DNA of 64,000 nt from Puniceicoccales bacterium (GCA_031283585.1 JAITBP010000005.1:15139-79138); one strand, 5' to 3'. Positions 1 through 11,232 are shown, counted from the first letter of the stretch. The notes: a model not told the origin generated them from the letters alone. Numbers and translations: made by a program.

Positions 1-1947
1 TGTGAAAAAGGCATAGCAAATTTTCAGTATAACTCAGCCCAAACCGGTTACCATTGTTTTTCATTTTTTAGAAAATGCGACGACTTTGATTTCAACAAAA
101 GCTTCCAGATCAGGTTTGGTAACGATCACACGCCCACAGATATAGATTCCAAAGACCTGTTGGTTACCAAACAATCTAATAAAAGACTCGGAGCCTATAT
201 AAGCGGCAATAATACGCACTTCGCTTTATTCGCGCCCAGGGCAATCAACATTAGGCTCGTTTTATCAGATACCATTCAAAGCGAACCAAATAGAATACAA
301 ATGACCAAGGATTGCGACGGCGTATGGGAATGTCTGGTCAAAAAAAATCTTTCCGGCAAATATTACAACTACCTACTGACGGACAAATCCGGAAAGGAAG
401 TCGTAGTAGTCGACCCATACAGTGCATGCATGGTCAGTAAACATGGCCCGGCTATCATCGTTGACACGAACAATATGGGTGAATCAGAAGATAGTTTTAA
501 GCCGCTGCAATGGAGCGAGTTGATCATCTGTGAGGCCCACCTAAGGGACATCCTAGCCAAATACAAATGCGAAATCAGTGACCAGGACAGACTAGGATTT
601 TCTGGCCTGTGCAAGGTTTTAGCCAGTGAGGATAATTACTTTAAGAGCCTGGGCATTAATGCCATCGAATTACAACCAATCCAAGAATTTGACAATAACA
701 CAAAGGACGAGTACCATTGGGGCTACATGCCTGTCAATTACTTCTCACCGTCCAGCGCCTATGCACTACGTCCGGACATTGGCTCCCAAATTTCAGAATT
801 CAAAAATTTAGTCAACTATTTCCATAGAAATGGCATAGCTGTTATACTTGATGTGGTATATAACCATGTCGGCGAACCAAACTATTTATCCAGGATCGAT
901 CTGGAATATTATTTCAGGATTAGCAATGATAGTCTGGAGAACTTCAGTGGCTGTGGCAATGACCTCAGGGTCGAAAGCCCGATGTGCACAAGGATGATTC
1001 TAGACAGCCTGTGCCACTTCATTGAAGTCTATAATGTCGACGGGTTTAGGTTTGATCTGGCTGAACTACTCGGCCTAGAATTCTTGAAAAAAGCAGAAAA
1101 AACGCTAAAAAAAATTAAAAAATCTGTAATTTTAATCGCTGAACCATGGAGTTTCAGAGGGTACATAGGGCATGAAATCAGAAGTACTGGTTTTTCTGCC
1201 TGGAACGACGAATATCGCAATTTCGCCCTAGATTATATTCTTGGCAACGGAAACAGGGAAGGCCTGGAATATTTCATCGGCGGTTCACTGGGATATAGAT
1301 CCAGTTTTCCAGCACAGACTGTGAACTACATATCTTCTCATGATGACAGGAGCTGGATGGATATGATTACTGAAAACCAAAACAATGATGGGAAAACGCC
1401 GACGATCATAGATCGTCGGCGAACAAATTTGTCCATAGCTCTTGTTCTAAGTTCCATTGGCATACCGATGTTTTCGGCAGGCCACGATACCCTCCATTCA
1501 AAGTCCGGTGAACAAAATACCTATCGAAGAGGCGATCTAAATGCCATAGATTATGAAAGAGGCGCCGAATATTTCAGCACCCATAAATACATGAGTGATT
1601 ACATAGGATTTCGTAAATCGCATCTGGGAAGACTTCTGCATCCGGAAAAAAGACCATCAAAAAATTACCTAAGATCTTTCGCGCCAATGGAAAACAATTC
1701 AGCAACCGCCGTATTATTTAATGCCAGCCATGAGCTTGGTAAAGAACAACTGCTGTTTGCCATCAACCCGCATTTTTTGTCAGTGACATTTGATCTGACA
1801 GAAATAAATTTTCAAAAATTCGTACAACTCGCCGATACGGAGTGCGTCAACCCATACGGGTTTCGTGACGTATTCCATTTGTCCAGCAACAACTTATTAA
1901 CCCTACCGAAAGTAAGCTGTGGTCTATGGGCAAAAAATTGTGCCTAA
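1..1947 (+). CDS. GH13 alpha-amylase-family debranching enzyme (pullulanase / glycogen debranching type), 5' end outside the window
   Basis: Frame 1 has no stop from nt 1 to the TTG at 160 listed in the ORF track, so the gene starts upstream of the window. GH13 conserved regions are present: DVVYNH, GFRFDLA, IAEPW, YISSHDD. Confidence 0.85.
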   Translation, partial: CEKGIANFQYNSAQTGYHCFSFFRKCDDFDFNKSFQIRFGNDHTPTDIDSKDLLVTKQSNKRLGAYISGNNTHFALFAPRAINIRLVLSDTIQSEPNRIQMTKDCDGVWECLVKKNLSGKYYNYLLTDKSGKEVVVVDPYSACMVSKHGPAIIVDTNNMGESEDSFKPLQWSELIICEAHLRDILAKYKCEISDQDRLGFSGLCKVLASEDNYFKSLGINAIELQPIQEFDNNTKDEYHWGYMPVNYFSPSSAYALRPDIGSQISEFKNLVNYFHRNGIAVILDVVYNHVGEPNYLSRIDLEYYFRISNDSLENFSGCGNDLRVESPMCTRMILDSLCHFIEVYNVDGFRFDLAELLGLEFLKKAEKTLKKIKKSVILIAEPWSFRGYIGHEIRSTGFSAWNDEYRNFALDYILGNGNREGLEYFIGGSLGYRSSFPAQTVNYISSHDDRSWMDMITENQNNDGKTPTIIDRRRTNLSIALVLSSIGIPMFSAGHDTLHSKSGEQNTYRRGDLNAIDYERGAEYFSTHKYMSDYIGFRKSHLGRLLHPEKRPSKNYLRSFAPMENNSATAVLFNASHELGKEQLLFAINPHFLSVTFDLTEINFQKFVQLADTECVNPYGFRDVFHLSSNNLLTLPKVSCGLWAKNCA

Positions 1948-2007
1948 TCAAACTTAATTGACAAATGACATTTAAATAACAGAATTCCCACTGGGGTTTG
2001 ATAGATT

Positions 2008-2859
2008 ATGAAGAGTTGTCGTTTTGTGATTAAAATAGTGTTAAATTTAGGTATATTGTGTTCTCCATTGATTAATTATCTTGACTATACTGCATATGCT
2101 GATCAATCCACCAGCGATTTGGCAAAATTGCCGGTATCATCTCCATCCAAAATAAAAAAGCTGCCATCCGGTATCAAATTGCCATGTTATCCTGTGGAAT
2201 ATTGGAAAAAATTGATGACCCATTACTCAAACGGCGAAGCCTACAAATACTGCATTAACTACATAAAAGATGAGACGTCGGCTATGAGTGAACGCCTTAA
2301 GGAATTAGGCAAAGCTCTTGAGGAAACCGAAGAAGCCCTTATCCGGGTCGGATGCAAATGCATAGAGAGCATTCCGAAGCTCAAGACCAATCTAGGGGAT
2401 ATGGAAAAGGCCTATGCGGCCTGCAGCATGGAAGCGGACATAGATGCAAGTCAAAACAATACATCGAAACTCAAGGATACAAAGCTTGATAAAACCTCAT
2501 CGTTTTTCATAACTTCTTTGATAGAATTTAAAGAATTTCAGGGTGCAGCCCAGGAATTTAAAAACCAGGTCTCCTCGATGTTAACCGAAGTCAGAGCGCT
2601 GCGTAAAACACATAAGCAAAATGCCCATAACGACAGTCCAGCACCAGCAAGTGTAAGCACATCAAGAATACTCGATGACAGTAAGACCGCCAAAAAATGC
2701 CTTAAGACGTTGGACGGCAGTATATTAGATCTACTTGATATATCGGACAATACGCTAAGCAACACACTCAATATAATATCGGCTCTCTATGAACTTGCTG
2801 CTGAGGAACGCTATATTGGTGATACAAAAACACGTAAAAATTCACTGTACCATAAGTAA
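2008..2859 (+). CDS. hypothetical secreted protein, helical and Cys-containing
   Basis: 283-aa ORF with a hydrophobic N-terminal signal-like segment (IVLNLGILCSPLINYL). The rest is charged, coiled-coil-like sequence. No family recognised. Confidence 0.5.
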   Translation: MKSCRFVIKIVLNLGILCSPLINYLDYTAYADQSTSDLAKLPVSSPSKIKKLPSGIKLPCYPVEYWKKLMTHYSNGEAYKYCINYIKDETSAMSERLKELGKALEETEEALIRVGCKCIESIPKLKTNLGDMEKAYAACSMEADIDASQNNTSKLKDTKLDKTSSFFITSLIEFKEFQGAAQEFKNQVSSMLTEVRALRKTHKQNAHNDSPAPASVSTSRILDDSKTAKKCLKTLDGSILDLLDISDNTLSNTLNIISALYELAAEERYIGDTKTRKNSLYHK

Positions 2860-2888
2860 CTAATCGATGCTAACATCCCATTTACGGC

Positions 2889-3548
2889 TCACTTAGACTT
2901 AGAAAACATATCTCGCAATTTTTTCTTTATTTTGTCACCATATAATGGGTCCGTAGCCCACTTGCCAGCCAAATCAGACAGGGTTTTAGCTGTACCGCGA
3001 TAGCCGGCTTTCACAATGTTTTCAAACCGTGGATCGACACAGCTATGATTCAATTCACTGGTGGATGCATAGGCTTTAAGATGTTGTACCTGAGCTCTTA
3101 TGCCGATCTCGACGCTTGGGAATGACGCACCACTAGCTCCGTTGTCCGTAGCACCGAGCCCAGCAAAATTGTTCTGTTTCGGATCGACCTGGCCGCCGAA
3201 TTGCAAAAAATTTGTCTCATGACACATCTGCGCAAAGGCAATATCATGGTTCACTCCTTCGGCCGCACACTCGGAAATATAAGCACTGGCAAAATAGTCG
3301 GCTTTCTGTTTGGAAATTTTTCCACCATTACGTCGTAAATACTTGCTCATCATATCCTTACTAGCCTTACCCCGGGCCATTATTGCAAGCGAGTATCTTG
3401 GCAATTGCCTAGACCCAATCCTGGCTTTGATAATTCCAGAGCTCTCATTTGTCGATCTGACGACATCGCCTTTATTCGCAATATTCTTGCAAGTTGCACA
3501 GCCCAATAGACATAAAAATATGATGTAAACAAAAGCCAGTTTATTCAT
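2889..3548 (-). CDS. lipoprotein with a glucosaminidase-type peptidoglycan hydrolase domain
   Basis: Signal peptide with lipobox (FLCLLGC). The AQMCHETNFLQFGG...NNFAGLG pattern is typical of the mannosyl-glycoprotein endo-beta-N-acetylglucosaminidase-like family. Confidence 0.6.
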   Translation of the reverse strand: MNKLAFVYIIFLCLLGCATCKNIANKGDVVRSTNESSGIIKARIGSRQLPRYSLAIMARGKASKDMMSKYLRRNGGKISKQKADYFASAYISECAAEGVNHDIAFAQMCHETNFLQFGGQVDPKQNNFAGLGATDNGASGASFPSVEIGIRAQVQHLKAYASTSELNHSCVDPRFENIVKAGYRGTAKTLSDLAGKWATDPLYGDKIKKKLRDMFSKSK

Positions 3549-4485
3549 AACCGTTTTCTATAATCGACATAATTTTGTCAAATACAACATTTTCATTAAA
3601 CATTTCATCTTTATCACCTTTTGACAACACGAAATTTGACCTAGAGGAGCTAGGATAGGGGCCATATTTTTTCGGATCCGTTGTAATAAATAGGCCCAAC
3701 ACGGGGATTCCCAGGGCTGCGGCCAGATGCATCGGACCACTGTCGTTTGCCACCACAAGCCTGGCTTTTTTTATAAAATTTATCACATCGCCAATGGTTG
3801 TATCGCCACAGAGATTCATAAGCCTATCGCTGGTAATTAGATCTGTGCAACAGGAATCTCCAAGCCATAGGACCATGAACGAGGTTCTAGTCAGCAAAAG
3901 CCGCGTTAATTGGACAAAATAGGGCCATCGCTTTTCTTTCCTTCTACTGCCCGGGAACAGGCATAGATACTCATTCGACGGCAAGCTGTTCAGTAATTTT
4001 AAAAAATTTTCTGATTCATCCGGAGTAAAATCCACCCGGCCGGAAATCTCATCTTCATCGCAGGCGGACAGCAAAAACGGCCGCAATATATCCACCGCAT
4101 GGGCAGATTTCCCTGGATAATACTTAACTTTTTGCCCATAGGCAAGACCAGCCAACTCTCGGGAATCACTACGTCCAATCTTACATCTAGACCTGGCAGC
4201 CAGTGTCATCAGCCCACTTCTGGCCAACCCTTGCATATCCCAGACCATGTCATAAATCCCTCGCCGGATCTGCAATATCGTCGAAATGAATGACCTAATG
4301 CCACCTTTCCGGTCATAAACAATGACCTCATCGATCAACCTTGAGGCTCTGACCACTTCCACAAACTCGGCCCTTACAACCCAATCAATGGAAACATCAG
4401 GACGATTCCTTCTAAGCTTCGAAACTACTAACAATCCATGGACTATATCACCTAGAGATGAGGGCTTGATGACCAGCAATCTCAT
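3541..4485 (-). CDS. ADP-heptose:LPS heptosyltransferase (glycosyltransferase family 9)
   Basis: N-terminus MRLLVIKPSSLGDIVH and C-terminal VANDSGPMHLAAALG are GT9 (RfaF/RfaC-like) hallmarks. Confidence 0.75.
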   Translation of the reverse strand: MRLLVIKPSSLGDIVHGLLVVSKLRRNRPDVSIDWVVRAEFVEVVRASRLIDEVIVYDRKGGIRSFISTILQIRRGIYDMVWDMQGLARSGLMTLAARSRCKIGRSDSRELAGLAYGQKVKYYPGKSAHAVDILRPFLLSACDEDEISGRVDFTPDESENFLKLLNSLPSNEYLCLFPGSRRKEKRWPYFVQLTRLLLTRTSFMVLWLGDSCCTDLITSDRLMNLCGDTTIGDVINFIKKARLVVANDSGPMHLAAALGIPVLGLFITTDPKKYGPYPSSSRSNFVLSKGDKDEMFNENVVFDKIMSIIENGYE

Positions 4486-4497
4486 CGATACTGCTCA

Positions 4498-5244
4498 TCA
4501 ATGGCGGCGGTCGCTAAGCTTTGCCAGCAGGCGCAGGATTTCAATGTATAGCCATACCAAAGTCACCAGCAGGCCAAAGGCTGCAAACCACTCCATGTCT
4601 CGGTGGACGTTGGATCGACTCAGCTTGACGATATAATCGAAATCCATCACCAGGTTTAGGGCAGCAATGATCACGACAAACACACTAAACCCTATGCTGA
4701 AATTACTGGAGCTATAGAGAAACTGGAATCCAGAAACACCAAACATCCTGAGTAACAAGCTCATAAGATAAACCACTGCGATGCCAGCCGTGGCGGCAAA
4801 TAAACCTATCGCAAATTTCTCATTAACCTTGATTATGCCAGTCCTGTAAATGAATAACATCACGCCAAAAACCCCAAATGTAAACATCGTGGCCTGAATG
4901 ACAATGCCGTGATATTTCATCTCAAACAGTAGAGACCAACTGCCAAGCACAAGACCTTCCAATACAGCATATAACGGAGCCGTGTACTTTGCTATTAGCG
5001 GCTTAAAACATGTAACCAAACTACACACCAGAGCCAGAACTGAAAACAGTATAGCCTTTGAAATAATATCATCCAGGGATGCATATTTTCTTGTCCAGGC
5101 AAAAGCCGCAGATAACACAGTCAGCATCAACAACAAAGAAGTTTTTGTGATGGTGCCAGACACCGTCATCTGATATTCGCTTGCAGCGGCTGCATTGAAA
5201 TATTTATCTTGAAAAACCGGATTAGATGTACGTTCGTAATTCAT
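4498..5244 (-). CDS. Bax inhibitor-1/YccA family membrane protein
   Basis: 248 aa with about 7 hydrophobic helices, an N-terminal SNPVF motif and a charged C-terminal tail, as in BI-1/YccA proteins. Confidence 0.7.
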   Translation of the reverse strand: MNYERTSNPVFQDKYFNAAAASEYQMTVSGTITKTSLLLMLTVLSAAFAWTRKYASLDDIISKAILFSVLALVCSLVTCFKPLIAKYTAPLYAVLEGLVLGSWSLLFEMKYHGIVIQATMFTFGVFGVMLFIYRTGIIKVNEKFAIGLFAATAGIAVVYLMSLLLRMFGVSGFQFLYSSSNFSIGFSVFVVIIAALNLVMDFDYIVKLSRSNVHRDMEWFAAFGLLVTLVWLYIEILRLLAKLSDRRH

Positions 5245-5319
5245 AAACTAATAAAAATATTCAAATCTACCTCAGACTATGGAAATTTTTTTAAAACAAT
5301 CAATCATAACTTTTCCATA

Positions 5320-6525
5320 TTACCGGGTTATTTTCATAAACACTCTTTTACCGTATTGGATAACAATAGGATCTAGCCCATCAGCCGACAGCGAATAATT
5401 TATATCATCCATCAGGTCACCGTTTATTTTCAGCGCCTTTTGTTCAATCATCCTGCGTATTTCATTTCTGCTTGCCGACAGTAACCCTGTATTTGCCAAC
5501 ACATTAACGATATTTGTATCACCGGCTGAATCGGCCAGTGATTTCAACGAAAAAATTGGCATTTCAGTCGGAATTTCTCCCTTGGAAAACACATTTTCGA
5601 AGTTCTCCAGTTCCCTATCAGCGCTTTCCTGATCATATAGCTTCGCCACAAGTCTGTTGGCAAGGATTTTTTTAGCAGCCATTGGATGCAAAGCTCTTTT
5701 TTCATTGATTTCCTCGACCGTTTCCATAAGCAACAGCTTATAGTAAACCCACATGACTTCATCCGGAATGGACATTATTTTTCCAAACATATTGGCCGGA
5801 GAATCGTTGAATGATATGTAGTTATCATAGCTTTTTGACATTTTTCTAACACCGTCCAGTCCTACGAGTAACGGCATACTTAGGACACATTGCTCGGGCT
5901 GGCCAACGTCTTTTTGCAATGCCCGGCCAACCAACATATTGAATAGCTGATCATTGCCACCAAGCTCCACATCTGCTTCCAGCACAACAGAATCATAGCC
6001 CTGCATCAATGGATACAGAAACTCAACTATCGAAATCGGCACATTGGATTTATATCTTTTTTCAAAATCATCGCGTTCAAGCATCCGCGCCACGGTCATC
6101 TTCCTGGCCAGCAATAACATGTCATCGAAGGTCATTTTACTAAACCATTCGCTGTTTCTTCGAACCACCGTTTTATCCTTGTCAAGTACCCTAAATGCTT
6201 GTGCAAGATAGGTTTTTGCATTATCATTGACCTCGTCTTTGGTCAACTGAGGCCTCTCGGCTGAACGACCGGATGGATCTCCCACCGTGGCCGTGTAATC
6301 ACCGATTAGCAATATCGCTGTGTGGCCAAGATCCTGAAATTGGCGCAGCTTATTGAATACCACCATATGGCCAAAGGTCAAATCCGGCCTGGTTGGATCA
6401 ACACCAAGCTTGATGTTCAATCGCCTAGCGCTCTTTAACTTGCTAGCCAATTCCTCCGCGCTAACCACGGTCTGGGCCCCCTGGGAAACTATATCTATTG
6501 CAGCCATAAATATTCTGTTATGCAA
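5320..6525 (-). CDS. tyrS: tyrosine--tRNA ligase
   Basis: Class I signature regions (DLTFGH for HIGH, and KMSKS), the DYTATVGDPSGR motif, and a C-terminal S4-like domain. Confidence 0.9.
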   Translation of the reverse strand: MHNRIFMAAIDIVSQGAQTVVSAEELASKLKSARRLNIKLGVDPTRPDLTFGHMVVFNKLRQFQDLGHTAILLIGDYTATVGDPSGRSAERPQLTKDEVNDNAKTYLAQAFRVLDKDKTVVRRNSEWFSKMTFDDMLLLARKMTVARMLERDDFEKRYKSNVPISIVEFLYPLMQGYDSVVLEADVELGGNDQLFNMLVGRALQKDVGQPEQCVLSMPLLVGLDGVRKMSKSYDNYISFNDSPANMFGKIMSIPDEVMWVYYKLLLMETVEEINEKRALHPMAAKKILANRLVAKLYDQESADRELENFENVFSKGEIPTEMPIFSLKSLADSAGDTNIVNVLANTGLLSASRNEIRRMIEQKALKINGDLMDDINYSLSADGLDPIVIQYGKRVFMKITR

Positions 6526-6574
6526 AAATCATAGCTCGTCAAGTCAACTAGCAACAAAAACTCTTTTCATTGCA

Positions 6575-6958
6575 TCAGAGGACCATCACCACGGCACTGG
6601 CCAGAGCCCTAGTATGGGACAGCGAAATCTTTATGTCTGTCGCTGCCAAGGACTTTAAAAGCCTCAGTCCGGTCTGATCCAGCTTGACCACTGGCTCTCC
6701 CCGGGGTCCCGTTTCTATCATCGAAGTTTTCCAAGAAAATTCGGCCCCCACACCGGTTTGAAGAGCCTTCGCCAGGGCTTCCTTCGCCGCAAATCTCGCA
6801 GCCAGAGAAGGATAGGGATTAGCTCTGGCAAAACAATAGACCAATTCCTGTTTCGTAAAAATTTTGCTCAAAAATTTATCACCGAAACGCTCCACGGATC
6901 TCTTGATTCTTGCGATTTCGACAATGTCGTAACCCAAGCCTTTGACGGAGGTATTCAT
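6575..6958 (-). CDS. acpS: holo-[acyl-carrier-protein] synthase
   Basis: 127 aa. The GYDIVEIARI start and the ..FAAKEA..KA.. motif are typical of AcpS. Overlaps the ruvC stop. Confidence 0.85.
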   Translation of the reverse strand: MNTSVKGLGYDIVEIARIKRSVERFGDKFLSKIFTKQELVYCFARANPYPSLAARFAAKEALAKALQTGVGAEFSWKTSMIETGPRGEPVVKLDQTGLRLLKSLAATDIKISLSHTRALASAVVMVL

Positions 6959-7533
6959 GAAATTTTAAGGGTAAATGCATGGCACAACGCCACGGCACAG
7001 GCATCGGCCTCGTCAAATGCTAACTCGTTCTCCAGCCTTAGGATAGATCTAACCATAGTTGCGACCTGGCCCTTTTTTGCCCGACCGAACCCAACAACGG
7101 CCTGTTTAATTCTTAGCGGGGCGTATTCATGGAGAGCGACCTGTTTTTTCGCCAGCGACACCATGGCAGCTCCCCGGGCTACGCCAAGAATCTGAGCCGT
7201 CTGAAAATTTTGCACATATATGGTCTGCTCCATCGCCGCTACACAAGGTTCATATTCACAACAGATCAGGTAAATATCATCAAATATTTTTAACACGCAT
7301 TCGCTCTGGTTGTATTTGGGAGCCATCCTAATGGTCTTAGAAAACACTAAATGCGCTTCCATGGATTTATATACGTCAATGATGGCAATACCGGTACCGC
7401 GAAGACTCGGATCTATCCCAATAACTCGACCAGAAAACTTCTTGATGCCATGTGAGGTTGCGGATATAAAGTCAACATTCTTCGCCACCACAGCCTGTTC
7501 AGTCCACAAATTTTTGCCCGAGCAACGTCTCAT
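6955..7533 (-). CDS. ruvC: crossover junction endodeoxyribonuclease RuvC
   Basis: VIGIDPSLRGTGIAII catalytic N-terminal motif and a C-terminal DEADACAVALCH motif. The true start may lie inside the listed ORF. Confidence 0.85.
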   Translation of the reverse strand: MRRCSGKNLWTEQAVVAKNVDFISATSHGIKKFSGRVIGIDPSLRGTGIAIIDVYKSMEAHLVFSKTIRMAPKYNQSECVLKIFDDIYLICCEYEPCVAAMEQTIYVQNFQTAQILGVARGAAMVSLAKKQVALHEYAPLRIKQAVVGFGRAKKGQVATMVRSILRLENELAFDEADACAVALCHAFTLKIS

Positions 7534-7586
7534 TGGAACTAACAGATGTATACTTAATTTACAGAATAGCCAGACAATAAATCAGA

Positions 7587-10160
7587 TCATAAGAGTCTTA
7601 GCTGTTCATCGTTATAATCATTCTGCCCGGAAGATTTCCTGCTTTTCAATGAACGACCACTGATCGAACCCTCGGTTTCAAGCATGGTCAAAATTTCCTT
7701 CGCCCTGGCTACCACAGAACCTGGTATGCCGGCCAATCTGGCCACCTGGATTCCATAGGAGCGATCCGAACAGCCTTTCATCACCCGTTTTAAAAAAATA
7801 ATTTCGTCGTTCCATTCTTTGACGGCAACGAAATAATTGGACAGCCGAGGAAGACTCTCACTAAGTTTTGTAAGTTCATGGTAGTGAGTAGCAAACAGTG
7901 TTTTTGGCCCGGCCTGACTACCCCTATGAAGATGTTCAACCACTGCCCAGGCAATGCTTAATCCATCATAGGTGCTGGTACCGCGGCCAATCTCATCAAG
8001 AACGATGAGGCTTTGGGTCGTCGCATTGTTTATTATATTAGCTGTTTCATTCATTTCGACCATGAATGTGGAACTGCCTCTTGAAAGGTCGTCGCTGGCT
8101 CCAATCCTCGAAAATATTCTATCAATCATACCGATTTTACACGAATCTGCCGGGACCCAATGCCCGATCTGGGCCATCAAAACAATAAGGGCAACCTGCC
8201 TTATGTAGGTGGATTTTCCTGACATGTTCGGCCCGGTTATCAGCGCAATCTGGTTGGTCGACGAACTCAGATAGCAGTCATTTGGCACAAAACTCCTACC
8301 ATCGGCAATTGCCAGATTAGATCTCTTAAGCATTTGCTCTATAACCGGATGCCTTCCATTTTTTATATCGATTTCATCACCGATGACCAAATTAGGTTTG
8401 CAATAGCCATACTCCCGGGCAATGGTAGCCCAACCGCAGAATACATCGATTTCTGCGATACTTTTGGCGATGGAAAAAAATTCCGAGCTCCGGGCAAGAA
8501 TTTTTTTCACAATTTCCATAAACAAAAAATTTTCACGTTCTATCAATTTCTCCTCTGCCGAGAGAATTTCCCGCTCTTTGTCTCGCAGCTCATGGGTTAT
8601 ATATCGCTCGGCGCCAACGGTTGTCTGTCGACGAATATACCTATCAGGCACCAGCTGAATGTTGGATTTAGTGACCTCTATAAAATAACCAAAATTGCTA
8701 TTATATTTTATTTTCAGTGACTTTATGCCGGTTTTCTTTTGCTCCTCGACTTCCATAGCCGTGAGCCAAGACCTGCTGTCATTTCCCAAAGATCTTAACC
8801 TATCTACTTCAGAATCAAAACCTTGCCTTATAAATCCACCGTTACTAATATCATTGGGCAGATCATCGGCCAACGCTTTGGACAAAAAGTCACTAAGATC
8901 GCCGCAATCATAGATTCCAGCATTCAATCTATCAATACCATCGCAGCTGATTGAATCCAATACGCTCTTGGTTTTTGGCAGCTGGAGCAGTGTGTTTCTC
9001 AGGGCCCCGAGTTCCCTTGGATTGCGCGTATGGTTTTGTAACCTGGTTAAAATTCTTTGAATATCACAAACGCAGGACATGATCTCTTGCAATCTAATGC
9101 ATTCGGTTACATTGCCAAAAAATTTTTCCACACAGCCGTTCCGGAATTTTATTTCATCGATGTCCAGAGATGGCGTGATTAGATAATTTTCCAGCATTCG
9201 GGTACCCATCGAAGTCACAGTACCGTCGATGGCATTGATAAAAGATCCTTTCCTGATTCCACCGGAGGACCTGAAGATTTCGAGATTTTTTATTGTCGAA
9301 CTGTCAATTACCAGATTTCTCTGCGGCACATATTCCTTTATCCAGGTAATATTTGTCGGCCGCTGCCTCAGGTTATCTGACACATATTTGAGCAGTGCTC
9401 CGGCCACGCCAATCGCCGGGTGATTGTCCTCTATCCCATAGCCGCGTAGATTCATAACCCCGAGGGTTTCGTTGATAAGTATTTGGCAGTTTTGCCGATC
9501 AAAATAGTAGATCGGGACGCAGGACAATAACCTGGCATTCAACAGCCAATCGAAGGTTTCCCTGTCTCCGGTGGGCAATGCATCGATCTTCATTTTAATC
9601 TGATCACTGGCAACTATCTCCTTAGGATTCAATGCGCTTATGACCGGAGCCATCTGGTCAATGTTTGATGCCGTGGCCATTTGGAATTCGCCGGTGGACA
9701 CCTCCAGCCAGGCCAGATGAACTCGATGACTATCCAATTCCAAAGCAACTATATAACTATTTGTTTTGGCCTCAAGGTGACCCTCTTCTATGGTTGTTCC
9801 CGGGGTGAAAATTTTGGTTACCTCCCGCTGGACAATTTTCCCAGGCTTTGCTTCCTCCTTTTGGTCGCAGACAGCCACCTTATAATCTGCTGCCAGTAAC
9901 TTACTTATGTATTGATCGGCGGCATGATGTGGCAGGCCGGCCATGGGTGTTAACTGTCTTTTAGTCAGGGTTAACCCAAGCACCCTGGATGCGATGATTG
10001 CCTGATCTCCAAAAAGCTCATAAAAATCACCCAACCTGAACAGCAATAACACGTCCTGTGGCAACTTACTTCTAATTTCTTGGTACTGTTTCATCATCGG
10101 TGTGCTCAGGCACAAACCAGAAGTATCCTTTTTCATGCTGCATGTATTATTACCATCCAA
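7587..10160 (-). CDS. mutS: DNA mismatch repair protein MutS
   Basis: 857 aa. N-terminal TPMMKQY mismatch-binding motif, Walker A TGPNMSGKST, FATHYHEL. Confidence 0.95.
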   Translation of the reverse strand: MDGNNTCSMKKDTSGLCLSTPMMKQYQEIRSKLPQDVLLLFRLGDFYELFGDQAIIASRVLGLTLTKRQLTPMAGLPHHAADQYISKLLAADYKVAVCDQKEEAKPGKIVQREVTKIFTPGTTIEEGHLEAKTNSYIVALELDSHRVHLAWLEVSTGEFQMATASNIDQMAPVISALNPKEIVASDQIKMKIDALPTGDRETFDWLLNARLLSCVPIYYFDRQNCQILINETLGVMNLRGYGIEDNHPAIGVAGALLKYVSDNLRQRPTNITWIKEYVPQRNLVIDSSTIKNLEIFRSSGGIRKGSFINAIDGTVTSMGTRMLENYLITPSLDIDEIKFRNGCVEKFFGNVTECIRLQEIMSCVCDIQRILTRLQNHTRNPRELGALRNTLLQLPKTKSVLDSISCDGIDRLNAGIYDCGDLSDFLSKALADDLPNDISNGGFIRQGFDSEVDRLRSLGNDSRSWLTAMEVEEQKKTGIKSLKIKYNSNFGYFIEVTKSNIQLVPDRYIRRQTTVGAERYITHELRDKEREILSAEEKLIERENFLFMEIVKKILARSSEFFSIAKSIAEIDVFCGWATIAREYGYCKPNLVIGDEIDIKNGRHPVIEQMLKRSNLAIADGRSFVPNDCYLSSSTNQIALITGPNMSGKSTYIRQVALIVLMAQIGHWVPADSCKIGMIDRIFSRIGASDDLSRGSSTFMVEMNETANIINNATTQSLIVLDEIGRGTSTYDGLSIAWAVVEHLHRGSQAGPKTLFATHYHELTKLSESLPRLSNYFVAVKEWNDEIIFLKRVMKGCSDRSYGIQVARLAGIPGSVVARAKEILTMLETEGSISGRSLKSRKSSGQNDYNDEQLRLL

Positions 10161-10296
10161 TTTGCAAAAGTCAATTTACACCTTGGCCCATTGATCACAA
10201 CATAAGTTGTTGCATCACATGGAAATATAACTATCATTCATTATTTTCTTGACGATTTTTCATATACCTAAGAGTTTAGGTAAGTAGATCAATCTA

Positions 10297-11214
10297 ATGG
10301 ATAGACAAAAATTTGGATATTTCCGTGGAATATTATGGTTCATTATGAGCCTGTTATGTTGTGTGACCAATGATTCCATTATGAAACACATGGGACTCAA
10401 ATGTCATCCGTTACAAATAGTATTCATGCGATTTCTTTTTGGAGTTATCACATTGCTGCCCTTCGTGTTAAGAGACTCGTTGAAGTCTATCAAAACCAGC
10501 AGGCCGCTGGCTCATATCATCCGCGGACTTGTTCTGTTTTCCAGCATCACCCTGTGGTGCTCTGGACTAAAATCCATTCCGCTTAACGTGGTTTCTTTGA
10601 TCAACTTTACAACTCCGATGTTCACGTTGATTTTTGCAGCTATCATGTTGAAAGAGAACATTGGGTGGACCCGGTGGATAGCCACACTGTGCGGCTTCAT
10701 TGGCGTTGGCATAGTTATTGGCCCAGGCACGTCGAGTTTTCCTGTGGTTGGCGCATTGATACTGCTTCTAGGCGCTTCCATGTTCGCCCTATTGGACATC
10801 ATAAACAAAATGCTGGTTTCGAAGGAAAGCATCCTGGCGTCGATGTTTTACACAGCCATCATAACCATGGCGCTGTCGGCTGTACCTGCAATCATTCTCT
10901 GGGAACCACTTAGCATCTACCAATTTGGTCTGTTTTTCCTGCTGGGAATGAGTTCAAATTTTTTGCTGTTCTGTATATTAAAATCCTTCTCCCTCGTGGA
11001 TGTGTCCGCCGTGGCACCGTTCAGGTACTTTGAATTGATTTTTGCGTGCCTATTTGGCTATGTCCTTTTTGGAGAAGTTGTTACTGCAAAAACAATACTA
11101 GGTGCCGCCATAATAGTGCCCAACGCATTTTATCTGATGATAAGAGAAGTTTCCGGCGACTCCAACAAAGTTTATAACAATAAAAAAAAGGCCTCTTGCT
11201 GTCAAGCGGTTTGA
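10297..11214 (+). CDS. EamA/DMT-family transporter
   Basis: 305 aa with about 10 TM helices and the duplicated EamA-like architecture. Confidence 0.7.
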   Translation: MDRQKFGYFRGILWFIMSLLCCVTNDSIMKHMGLKCHPLQIVFMRFLFGVITLLPFVLRDSLKSIKTSRPLAHIIRGLVLFSSITLWCSGLKSIPLNVVSLINFTTPMFTLIFAAIMLKENIGWTRWIATLCGFIGVGIVIGPGTSSFPVVGALILLLGASMFALLDIINKMLVSKESILASMFYTAIITMALSAVPAIILWEPLSIYQFGLFFLLGMSSNFLLFCILKSFSLVDVSAVAPFRYFELIFACLFGYVLFGEVVTAKTILGAAIIVPNAFYLMIREVSGDSNKVYNNKKKASCCQAV

Positions 11215-11232
11215 TCCGATGGTGTATCTTTC